In this document: positions 55,824 through 64,000 of the stretch, in pieces | Position numbering within the stretch: the first letter of the stretch is position 1 | Layout of the letters: every line of letters starts with the position of its first letter | Made by a program: the position numbers and the translations under genes | The notes under the pieces: model-generated | The model's input: the letters and a program-made list of their open reading frames with translations, nothing else | Database searches by the model: none | What the model was told of the DNA's origin: nothing | Virus record (IMG/VR): IMGVR_UViG_3300042922_001018 | Reading direction: 5' to 3' (one strand) | Length of the DNA: 64,000 nucleotides | DNA from: a virus | Lineage: Duplodnaviria; Heunggongvirae; Uroviricota; Caudoviricetes

Positions 55824-58800
55824 ATGGCCTTCGTCCACGGACACGTACACTCCGAGTTTTCAGCGCTCGATGGGATGGTGCGGCTCAACGCTGCCTTCCA
55901 GAAGGCGAAGGAGGCAGGGCAGACCGCTCTTGCCATCACCGACCACGGTACGCTCGGTGGCATCTGGAAGGCCCGGAAGTTCGCGAAGGAAACCGGCGTC
56001 AAGCTGATTCCCGGCGTCGAGGTCTACGTCGCCATCGGCTCCCGCTTCGAGAAGAACAGCATCGAAGTCCCCATCGAGTCCCCGCTCTCCTCTGACGATG
56101 CCTGCTCGCACGGTGACGACGAGCACAGCCACGGCATCGACCTGTTCGCCGACGAGGGTCTCGCTGACGAGCACACCGCCGAGACCGACGCTCGCGAAGC
56201 CCGCGGCATTCTCGCTGACCCCGACAGCACGGAGGCGCAGAAAGCGGCTGCCCGAGCTACCCTCGGAAACCCGACCGACGAAGCGCCCGTGGACCCGGAC
56301 GCCGGAGATGCCAAGGACGGCATCCGCAAGAAGCACTACTGGCACCTCACCCTCCTCGCACGGAACGCTGCCGGATGGCAGAACCTCATCGCCATTCAGA
56401 ACGAGGCGTTCGCAACCGGCATCTACTACAAGCCGCGCATCGACTTCGACCTCCTGAAGAAGCACTCCGAAGGCATCATCGCTCTCACCGGCTGCCTCGG
56501 TGGCGTCGTCGCTGAGCCGGTCGGTCGTGCCTACGACGCCCGCAACCGCTCCGAAGAGGCCCGCGGACTCCTGCGCACCATCGCTGAACGGGTCGCCCAG
56601 ACCAACGGCATCGACATGGACACGCTCGGAACGGCCCTCGTCTCCGTGGACCGCCGATTCGAGAGCGTGACCGCCATGCTCGAAGAGGCACGTGACCCCG
56701 AGGGCGAGCCAGTCTCCGACGCCGAGCGCCTCATCACTCAGGAGATGCTCGACTTCCACCGCATCCGCAAGACTGCCGACGAGCGCGTCGCCGAAGGCAC
56801 CGGACAGGCTCGCGGCAACATCGAGACCCTCATCGAAGCGCTCGGCCACGAGAACGTGTACATCGAGGTCATGGAGCACGGCATCCCGTCCGAGCAGGCC
56901 ATCATCGGCGACATTGCCGCGCTCGCCGACGAGTACAAGCTCCCGCTGTTCGCCTCGAATGACGCCCACTATCTCGAAGAGGCTGACCACGAAGCCCACG
57001 AGGCGTGGCTCGCCATGCAGTCGAAGAGCACCCTCGCCGACCCGAAGCGTTACCGTTTCACCGGCCACGGATTCTTCCTCCGCACTGAAGAGCAGATGCG
57101 CGCCCTCCGTGAGGACACATGGTGGCAGGACGCTGTCTCCAACACCCAGACCGTTGCAGACCGGGTCGAGGAAGACATCATCCCGGACCCGGCACCCCGC
57201 ATGCCGCGCTTCCAGTTGCCGGAAGGCGAGACTCGCACCAGCCGTCAGTTCATGATTGACCTCATCTTCGCGGGTGCCGCTGAGCGGTACGGCGCGAACT
57301 GGCGTGAAGAGCGCCCCGACGTGAAGGAACGCCTCAACTACGAGTTCAAGGTCATCGACTCGATGGGCTTCCTCGACTACTTCGGCATCGTGTGGGACGT
57401 GATTTCGTGGGCACGGTCCACACGACCCGTCTACCCCGGTGGCCCGGACAAGAAGCCCATCCTCGTCGGTCCCGGCCGTGGCTCCGCCGCAGGTTCGCTC
57501 GTGTCCTACTGCCTCCGTATCGTCAACGTGGACCCGCTCGAATACAACCTCCTCTTCGAGCGTTTCCTAGAGCCGGGCCGACCGGACTGGCCCGACATCG
57601 ACATGGACTACGAGAAGTCCCGCCTGGACGAAGTCCTCGCGTACATGATGCACAAGTGGGGCGTCCGCTCCGTGGCTCGTATCGGCTCGTTCGCCATTTC
57701 GAAGTCCCGTGCCAGCATCAAGAACGCCGCGCGCGTGCTCGGTGTCAAGGGCGGCGCCGGAGACAAGCTCTCGAAGCTCGTACCTGTCGCATTCGGTCAG
57801 CCGTGGCCCATCGAGAAGATGTTCGACGAGACGAAGGCCGAAGGAAACGACTTCCGCAAGCAGCTCGCCCGCTTCGGCGACGACGGCGAGCGCATCATCG
57901 ACCTCGCGAGCAAGTTCGAAGGTCTCGTCACTGGTGTCGGCATCCACGCTTGTGGTGTCGTCGTCGCGGACATCGACCTCGATGAGCTGGTGCCCCTGCG
58001 CCAGGACACCTCGAAGATTCAGGGTGAGCAGCTCTCCGCTGTCACCGCGTGGGACTCGAAGGACATCGAAGCCGCGGGCCTCCTGAAGCTCGACTTCCTG
58101 TCGCTGCGTACGCTCGACATCATCTCGCTGGCGACCGAGCACATCCAGGAGACGACCGGCGAGGTCATCGACCCCGACGACCTCCCGAACCCGAACGACC
58201 TGACCAACCCGCGCGTCGCAGCGGCATACCGTCTCCTCGTCGAGGGCAAGACCTCCGGCATCTTCCAGTCGGAGAGTGCTGGTATGACGAAGGTCTACCA
58301 GAACATCCAGCCGTCTGGCCTGGAAGACCTCAGCGCCGTGGTGGCGCTGTTCCGGCCCGGCCCCCTCGCAGCGCAGATGGACGTTCGTTACGCCGACCGT
58401 AAGCACGGCCGCGAGTCCGTGACCTACGACTACATCACGCTGGACAAGGCGGAGCAGGAAGTCATCGACGGCGTTCTCGGCGTCACCTACGGTACGACCG
58501 TGTACCAGGAGCAAATCATGCAGCTCTCGCGCGTCGTCGCGGGCTTCGATGCGAAGCTCTCGAACAAGATGCGCAAGGCCATGGGCAAGAAGCTCAAAGA
58601 GGTCATGGATGAGGTCGAAGTCCTCTTCATCGAAGGTGCGCAGAAGAACGTCTCCGTCGCCGGGGAAGCGAAGCTTGCGTTCAAGGAAGCGACCGCTCGT
58701 CGCCTCTGGGACTTGCTGAAGGGTAACGCCGACTACCTGTTCAACAAGTCACACTCCGTCGCGTACGCGCAGGTCGCGTTCATCACCGCGTACCTGAAGG

Positions 58801-60266
58801 CAAACTGGCCCGCCGAGTTCGGCGCCGCCGTTCTCGCGACCACGGAGAAGAAGGAAAGCCGCGTCGCCACCATCCGGTCGCTGACCGCGGAAGGCATCGA
58901 AGTTCTCGCGCCCTCCGTCAACAAGAGCCGCCCGATGACGTTCCCCGAAGGCTCCAGCGCTGTTCGCCTGGGCCTCACGGAAATCAAGGGTCTCGGCAGC
59001 ATCGGTGAGGCCATCTACAAGCACCGCGTCTGGACCGACTCGGAGGGCGCCCAGAAGTCGGACCCGTACCACGACCTCCGCAACGTCGCCTTCCGCGTGA
59101 AGGATGAAGCGGGCAAGTCCATCCAGGTGAACCACCTCGAAGCCCTCGTCGAGTCCGGCGCTTGCGATGAGTTCGGTCCGCGCATGGGTCAGTTCATGGT
59201 CTGCCGCACCGTTGTGCGGACGGACATGACACCGCTCGACATGGAGTGGGGGCCGGTAGAGCGTGCCTCTCGCCAGCGTGCGCGTCTGTACACCTCGCTC
59301 GGCGAGCACCCGCTGACGACCGTGCAGCCCTACATCAAGTCCTGGCGTACGCCGGACAGCGTCGTCTACGGGAACACTGTCTACGGCCAGTCTCCTCTGC
59401 CCATCGGCCGCGTTCTCCAGAGCGCGAAGGACGGCGACAACGCTCTCACCCTCGGCCTCCTCGCCGCATGGTCCGAGCGCACCTACGCGGGTGGCCGCAT
59501 GGCGAACATCACGCTGGAAGGCTCCGGCCACTCCATCGACTGCGTCATCTGGGACGGCTCGCTCACCGAAATCAAGGCCGTCTACGACGGTGAGGCGCCG
59601 ATGCCTGGTTCCATCATCGCGATTTCGGGACGCGTCGTTCTGAACCTCGTAGAGGTCGAAGACGACGAAGGCAACGTCTCCGACATCTCGAAGAAGGAGA
59701 TGATGGTCACGAAGGCTTTCCCCGTCCCCATCCCCGACGCGCCTGTCGGAGAGCTGAAGCCCTGCGCTATCAGCGTCCCCGTCCCGATGCCGCTACCTGA
59801 GCCGGTCAAGAAGACTCGCGCGAAGAAGGAGACGAAGACTGAAGACACTCAGCCGACGCTCGCCGTCGGCGTCATCGACGCTCCGGACATCTTCGACGAC
59901 CTGTTCTTCGCGGACCCGTCGCTGGCTGAAGACTATGCCCCCGCCCCCACCGAGTTCACGCCCGATGGTACGCCGGTCAGCCAGCCTGCGGAGCCAGTGA
60001 CCACCGACCTCGTGGTCATGAACGTCCCGGTTCTTGTGACGAGTCGCGTGCCGAAGGGCATGATGAAGCGCCATCTCCAGAACTGCGGATGGGGCGATGT
60101 CGCGGAACAGGTTCTCGCGACGTACAAGACGAGCGGTCACGGCACGGAAGACAAGTTCTACCCGGTGTCTTCCGGCGACATCCGCAAGGGCGTCTACGTC
60201 TCAACGCGGCTGTTCGGTGGCGGTCTCACGTCGATGGAAGAGGTTCCCGACCTCCTCTGGAGTTGA
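55824..60266 (+). CDS. dnaE: DNA polymerase III alpha subunit
   Basis: PHP HVHSEFSALDG, TDHG, NDAHY; GRGSAAGS; PDIDMD; HACG; KLDFL; RPGP; YQEQ; FNKSH; OB fold. Confidence 0.96.
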   Translation: MAFVHGHVHSEFSALDGMVRLNAAFQKAKEAGQTALAITDHGTLGGIWKARKFAKETGVKLIPGVEVYVAIGSRFEKNSIEVPIESPLSSDDACSHGDDEHSHGIDLFADEGLADEHTAETDAREARGILADPDSTEAQKAAARATLGNPTDEAPVDPDAGDAKDGIRKKHYWHLTLLARNAAGWQNLIAIQNEAFATGIYYKPRIDFDLLKKHSEGIIALTGCLGGVVAEPVGRAYDARNRSEEARGLLRTIAERVAQTNGIDMDTLGTALVSVDRRFESVTAMLEEARDPEGEPVSDAERLITQEMLDFHRIRKTADERVAEGTGQARGNIETLIEALGHENVYIEVMEHGIPSEQAIIGDIAALADEYKLPLFASNDAHYLEEADHEAHEAWLAMQSKSTLADPKRYRFTGHGFFLRTEEQMRALREDTWWQDAVSNTQTVADRVEEDIIPDPAPRMPRFQLPEGETRTSRQFMIDLIFAGAAERYGANWREERPDVKERLNYEFKVIDSMGFLDYFGIVWDVISWARSTRPVYPGGPDKKPILVGPGRGSAAGSLVSYCLRIVNVDPLEYNLLFERFLEPGRPDWPDIDMDYEKSRLDEVLAYMMHKWGVRSVARIGSFAISKSRASIKNAARVLGVKGGAGDKLSKLVPVAFGQPWPIEKMFDETKAEGNDFRKQLARFGDDGERIIDLASKFEGLVTGVGIHACGVVVADIDLDELVPLRQDTSKIQGEQLSAVTAWDSKDIEAAGLLKLDFLSLRTLDIISLATEHIQETTGEVIDPDDLPNPNDLTNPRVAAAYRLLVEGKTSGIFQSESAGMTKVYQNIQPSGLEDLSAVVALFRPGPLAAQMDVRYADRKHGRESVTYDYITLDKAEQEVIDGVLGVTYGTTVYQEQIMQLSRVVAGFDAKLSNKMRKAMGKKLKEVMDEVEVLFIEGAQKNVSVAGEAKLAFKEATARRLWDLLKGNADYLFNKSHSVAYAQVAFITAYLKANWPAEFGAAVLATTEKKESRVATIRSLTAEGIEVLAPSVNKSRPMTFPEGSSAVRLGLTEIKGLGSIGEAIYKHRVWTDSEGAQKSDPYHDLRNVAFRVKDEAGKSIQVNHLEALVESGACDEFGPRMGQFMVCRTVVRTDMTPLDMEWGPVERASRQRARLYTSLGEHPLTTVQPYIKSWRTPDSVVYGNTVYGQSPLPIGRVLQSAKDGDNALTLGLLAAWSERTYAGGRMANITLEGSGHSIDCVIWDGSLTEIKAVYDGEAPMPGSIIAISGRVVLNLVEVEDDEGNVSDISKKEMMVTKAFPVPIPDAPVGELKPCAISVPVPMPLPEPVKKTRAKKETKTEDTQPTLAVGVIDAPDIFDDLFFADPSLAEDYAPAPTEFTPDGTPVSQPAEPVTTDLVVMNVPVLVTSRVPKGMMKRHLQNCGWGDVAEQVLATYKTSGHGTEDKFYPVSSGDIRKGVYVSTRLFGGGLTSMEEVPDLLWS

Positions 60267-60271
60267 CGACT

Positions 60272-60280
60272 CCGCCTACA
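60272..60280 (+). promoter_or_regulatory. CCGCCTACA box (leadered variant)
   Basis: Box, then SD aaggag, then ATG 60303. Confidence 0.65.
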
Positions 60281-60302
60281 GCGAGAGGACCGAAGGAGAC
60301 CA

Positions 60303-61127
60303 ATGTCCACTCACGAGTGGGAGGGCGGGACTATCCAGCTCCCGTCCGACCAGGCAACCGCTATTCGGCATGCCATCGTCGCGCGACACAATGCCATCAG
60401 CGAGCGAGCTTTCGCTGCCGCTAAAGAGGTATGGGACAAGGCTACGCCTGCCCAGCGGAAGGACTCGGACTACCTCGGCGACAAGCTCTCGGACAAGCTC
60501 ATCTCCAAGTCGTACGGCTGGTACTCCCGGCCGCGTGATGACTACGGCGCTGAGGCAGCCGCTCTGGACCGCGCGCAGAACCTTCTGGAGCTGCGCAGGT
60601 ACGGTAAAGACCCACGTGCCCCACAGAAGAAGAACCTGCCCCTCGTCGGTAAGACGGAGACGCAGTTCGAGAGCGACAACGCAACCGTCGTCTTCGACAC
60701 CAAGAAGAACACGCTCCGCTGGAGCGCAGACGGTAACCACGGAGTCGAGAACGCTCACGGCGAGTGGCTCTGGGAAGCGGTGGATGCCGAACTCGACAAG
60801 GTGAAGTGGACACGTGGCAGTGGCGGCGTTATCGGAGGCGGCAACGAGTACCGCCCCAGCGAGGTTGCGAGCAAGGGCTACGGCCCGACGGGACTGAAGG
60901 ACGCACCCCAGGTCACACAGCCGTTCATGAAGGCTGACGGCACCCGAGTAACCCAGCGCGAGATTGACGAAGCTCGGGCGAAGCAGTTGCGCGGCCAGGC
61001 CCGCGAGAAGAACGCTGAAGCTCGCGCTCTGAAAGCACGCGCCGCAGCCCTCGGCTCGCAGGACCGGCGAACCAACGGTCAGTTCGACTACCGTCGCGGC
61101 TCATACCCAGAGGTGCGACTGCGGTAA
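60303..61127 (+). CDS. Protein carrying the family tag at its C-terminus
   Basis: Ends QDRRTNGQFDYRRGSYPEVRLR. Confidence 0.8.
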   Translation: MSTHEWEGGTIQLPSDQATAIRHAIVARHNAISERAFAAAKEVWDKATPAQRKDSDYLGDKLSDKLISKSYGWYSRPRDDYGAEAAALDRAQNLLELRRYGKDPRAPQKKNLPLVGKTETQFESDNATVVFDTKKNTLRWSADGNHGVENAHGEWLWEAVDAELDKVKWTRGSGGVIGGGNEYRPSEVASKGYGPTGLKDAPQVTQPFMKADGTRVTQREIDEARAKQLRGQAREKNAEARALKARAAALGSQDRRTNGQFDYRRGSYPEVRLR

Positions 61128-61152
61128 CGCTCAGTCGATGTAGACTGCTGAT

Positions 61153-61566
61153 ATGGCTCACATAACCTCCGGCGTAGACCAGTGGGGTGCATATATCTGC
61201 ATCGACGGATACGACCCGTCGCCCGGCCAGCGAGGCTGGTACAAGAGCATGCGTTCGCCGGTAGGCCTCGGCCGCAGCAATCTCGTGGACGCAGAGGACT
61301 GGCGGAGGCGTACAGTCCGAGAGATTCGCCATCTGATGCGGAAGCTGAACCTTCCCGATGGTACGAACTTTCACCAAATCATCCGCGCCCACCAAGGCCT
61401 GCCTCTGACATGCGAACCCGAGCGCGGCCCCAGCAGGGAAGCAGAAGACTGCCGTCTCATCGCTGAGTTCGAGTGGGAAGCGCGACAGAACTGGGTGGCC
61501 TGTCCCGCAAGTCTCGACGAGCTGCTGGAACGTCATTTCCGGAACAGTCGCGAGCTTACAAGCTGA
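61153..61566 (+). CDS. Hypothetical protein
   Basis: TAGACT-N6-ATG. Confidence 0.55.
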   Translation: MAHITSGVDQWGAYICIDGYDPSPGQRGWYKSMRSPVGLGRSNLVDAEDWRRRTVREIRHLMRKLNLPDGTNFHQIIRAHQGLPLTCEPERGPSREAEDCRLIAEFEWEARQNWVACPASLDELLERHFRNSRELTS

Positions 61567-61633
61567 TGTCGGAAGGGTGTTCTAGCCTCTGATGAGAGCA
61601 AAATCAGCGCTGAACAGGGGCGCGTGCAACGCG

Positions 61634-61642
61634 CCGCCTACT
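61634..61642 (+). promoter_or_regulatory. CCGCCTACT variant box (leadered)
   Basis: Box, then SD gaggag, then ATG 61674. Confidence 0.6.
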
Positions 61643-61673
61643 AGCTGATACAGTCATCCACGAGGAGAACCCC

Positions 61674-62765
61674 ATGACTTTCAGTGAGACCAACGTCCGA
61701 CGCGACACGCTCGGCAAGTTCAGCGACAAGCTGGGCAGCGCTCCCGACGCCAGCGTGCTCGCGACTCTCAACGACCCCGCCGAGGAGACCCGCAACGAGC
61801 GTCTCGTCCGCGAGTTCAACCAGCGCCGCTCGCTGCTCCAGAAGGCAGGCTACGCCAAGGCAACCGCACAGGTCGCCGTCGCCGATGTCCGCGAAACTGC
61901 TCGCGACGACGACAAGCGCGCCGACTGGTGGGAGCAGAACTTCGTCACTGGCGAGTTCGCACCGGAGAAGGCGGGCAGCTTCGCCCTCATGCCGGACAAC
62001 TACACCCCTGGCATGACCACCGGCCGCTCCGCCGAAGGCAACCGTCGCACGCACCGCATGCTCTACGAAGGCGCAGGCGTCTCCGTGCGTATGCCGTCGG
62101 CTACCGCCATCAAGCGCTTCTCGGCCGACAACAAGAACCGCTCGTTCGATGTTCCTCTGTCCATCGAGATTGACGGCCAGCAGGTCGCCGGTCACGTCCG
62201 CGTCACCAAGAACGGCCCGAACCAGTGGGGCGTCTCCTCGCTCGGCTTCCCCGGCGACAAGGCCGACCGTGTTTCGGAGGCGGTATCCGCCGTACTCGAA
62301 TCGCGCCGTCCGTCCACCGCGCTCCGCGAGGTCAACAGCCTCATCGAGCGTCGCCGCGAGCGTCTCGCGATGGCGGGCGCCAAGGTCGAGCCTGTCGCAT
62401 CCTCGTTCATCGACGGCATCGGCTACAACGAAGCGGGCAACGAGCTGTACGTCACCATGGGCAACGAGAAGACCGGCGAAGTCCGTGCGTACGCTTACCG
62501 TGTCCCGCGCGACGTGTACCACGCCATCCGCAACTCCGACTCCCCCGGCAAGGCGTACAACGCCCTCGTCAAGAAGGGCGGCGCCGAGCAGGTCGCCGGT
62601 GGCAAGAACAACCCCGCTCAGGTCGGCTTCGACGAGTCCACTGGTCGCTTCTTCAACAAGGCGCGTGGGTTCCGGTTCAGCCGTCACACTGAGGCGGACA
62701 AGAGCGCGAAGCGGTCGCGCACCATCGCTCTGAAGCGCGTCCTCGGAGTACCGGTCAAGGACTAA
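61674..62765 (+). CDS. Tagged-family protein with KTSC domain
   Basis: MTFSETNVRRDTLGKFSDKLGSAPD; SSFIDGIGYN...LYV...Y.Y.VP..VY.....SPGKAYN. Confidence 0.85.
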   Translation: MTFSETNVRRDTLGKFSDKLGSAPDASVLATLNDPAEETRNERLVREFNQRRSLLQKAGYAKATAQVAVADVRETARDDDKRADWWEQNFVTGEFAPEKAGSFALMPDNYTPGMTTGRSAEGNRRTHRMLYEGAGVSVRMPSATAIKRFSADNKNRSFDVPLSIEIDGQQVAGHVRVTKNGPNQWGVSSLGFPGDKADRVSEAVSAVLESRRPSTALREVNSLIERRRERLAMAGAKVEPVASSFIDGIGYNEAGNELYVTMGNEKTGEVRAYAYRVPRDVYHAIRNSDSPGKAYNALVKKGGAEQVAGGKNNPAQVGFDESTGRFFNKARGFRFSRHTEADKSAKRSRTIALKRVLGVPVKD

Positions 62766-62821
62766 CACCCGCACAGCACGTCGTCAGACGTAGACTGTGA
62801 CGCCGCCGCGAGTGCGGCAAA

Positions 62822-62849
62822 GAGAGGCCTCGGATGTCCGAGGCCTCTC
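62822..62849 (+). terminator. Stem-loop terminator
   Basis: gagaggcctcgga / tccgaggcctctc followed by gggtttt. Confidence 0.75.
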
Positions 62850-62872
62850 GGGTTTTCTGGTACTATCTGACT

Positions 62873-63169
62873 ATGACCATCGGAGTATTCGTTTTCCTCG
62901 CCGCAGTGTCCCTCCTCATGGCGGGCGCCTACCGAACCGGGTTCTCCGCAGGGCGCACCGATGTCGGAACTGCGGTAGCTCTCGGGTTCAATCTCGGACT
63001 CATCTGGGGCTTCGGCCTGACATGCCTCGGGGTTATTCACTGGGGCACTGACAGCCTCGTCCCGCTGAGCATCGGTGGCGTGTTCATCGTCATCGTTTTC
63101 AGCATGGTTGCCGCATGGCCCGCGCTGCTGCGTCGGAAGAACGAAATCCAGGCTGGCTTGCCGTCCTAA
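62873..63169 (+). CDS. Small membrane protein
   Basis: TACTAT-N6-ATG; 3 TM. Confidence 0.6.
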   Translation: MTIGVFVFLAAVSLLMAGAYRTGFSAGRTDVGTAVALGFNLGLIWGFGLTCLGVIHWGTDSLVPLSIGGVFIVIVFSMVAAWPALLRRKNEIQAGLPS

Positions 63170-63192
63170 CGAACCCGTGTTAGGCTATCGTC

Positions 63193-63816
63193 ATGTCTGA
63201 ACTGACGATTCTCTGGCCCGAAGGCTCCCCCATCCCCGAGGTCTCCCAAATCTGGGTGGACTACGAGACGGACAGCAACGACTTCAAGACCGGCCACATC
63301 CTCGAAGCCGGAATCATCTACACGGACCGTGACCTCAACGTCATCGCGGAACGAGAGGCAACCCTCCCGCTTTCCGCCGTCTCGAAGGCGCGCATCGCTG
63401 ATGTCGAGTTCGTCTTCAACATGCACACCGAGTCGGGTCTTCTCGCTCGACTTCACGACCCAGCCGTCCCGAAGGTGAGCGTATCCGAGCTGGAGCAGCT
63501 CATCCTCGGCGACCTGAAGCGCTTCGGTCACACCAAGAAGCTCCGCTTCTGCGGCTCCGGGTCCACCGGGTTCGACTACTACTTCACGCAGCGTCTCATG
63601 CCCACTCTCGGCGCGTTCAGCCCCGTCTTCTACCAGGAAGACGTACGCTACGTCCGCAACGCGTACCGCCAGGCCACAGGTGGCAAGGAAGTTCCCGGTG
63701 AGTACCACCAGGCGAAGACACACCGCGCAATCGAGGACATCCGCCTACATCTGGCAGAGTACAAGGCCTACGGTGAAGTGATGTTGGCGGGAGCCAAAGC
63801 ACTGAACCTCGTCTGA
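63193..63816 (+). CDS. orn: Oligoribonuclease-like DEDDh exonuclease
   Basis: WVDYET, ILE.G...TD.DL, MHTESGL, FD..F, HRAIEDI. Confidence 0.85.
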   Translation: MSELTILWPEGSPIPEVSQIWVDYETDSNDFKTGHILEAGIIYTDRDLNVIAEREATLPLSAVSKARIADVEFVFNMHTESGLLARLHDPAVPKVSVSELEQLILGDLKRFGHTKKLRFCGSGSTGFDYYFTQRLMPTLGAFSPVFYQEDVRYVRNAYRQATGGKEVPGEYHQAKTHRAIEDIRLHLAEYKAYGEVMLAGAKALNLV

Positions 63817-63827
63817 GGAGCAACATC

Positions 63828-64000
63828 ATGAGTAGTCTCACAACGGAGTGGAACACTACCTTCGAGAACTGGCAGCCGGTCCGCCGTGCTGAGTTCCCGT
63901 GCCCCTGGTGTACGCGTGGCCTTGCACAGGTCGAGAACCGATGGAAGCACGAAACCGGGCAGTCATGCCTGTGGAGCGAGTTCCCGCTGGAAGTGTCCCA
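63828..64000 (+). CDS. Hypothetical protein, 3' truncated
   Basis: SD gaggag, ATG 63828, frame appears open to the window end. Confidence 0.45.
   Translation, partial: MSSLTTEWNTTFENWQPVRRAEFPCPWCTRGLAQVENRWKHETGQSCLWSEFPLEVS

Noticed and set aside
56040-56820. Intein in DnaE
   Set aside because: No intein block A or HN-(C/S/T) end and no LAGLIDADG motifs in the insertions.

Overview
High-GC, gene-dense 64-kb window from a large actinobacterial mobile element (megaplasmid, jumbo phage or phage-plasmid; the host group is inferred from codon usage, leaderless promoters, and NucS, class E sortase and HspR-type signals). No rRNA, tRNA, CRISPR, transposase, capsid or terminase gene was recognised. 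Recognisable genes: sortase with an LRR/FN3 surface protein, FtsK-domain ATPase, DinG helicase, GIY-YIG nuclease, Hsp20 (with HAIR and CIRCE sites), RNA ligase, 2H phosphoesterase, NrtR-like Nudix regulator, YitT, a Prs-like plus Nampt-like pair, cyclic-phosphate receiver, pilin-like protein, metallophosphoesterase, BI-1/YccA, NucS, EcoRI-like nuclease with a Dam-family MTase, DUF4238, a Zn-ribbon/endonuclease fusion, DnaE, a KTSC protein and oligoribonuclease. The main unexplained structure: 20 otherwise unrelated ORFs share an N-terminal tag of about 28 aa (consensus MTFxExx(HP/Vx)RxxxG(K/R)F(A/S)EKxGxx(P/A)E(V/I)xL), and one more ORF carries it at the C-terminus. Twelve of them start exactly 7 nt after a private box CCGCCTAC(A), whereas many untagged genes have ordinary TAnnnT leaderless -10 elements. 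This looks like a co-regulated tag-plus-cargo targeting system. A second family of 10 ORFs shares a C-terminal GxPxEY signature. All calls are from reading motifs by eye; no searches were run.
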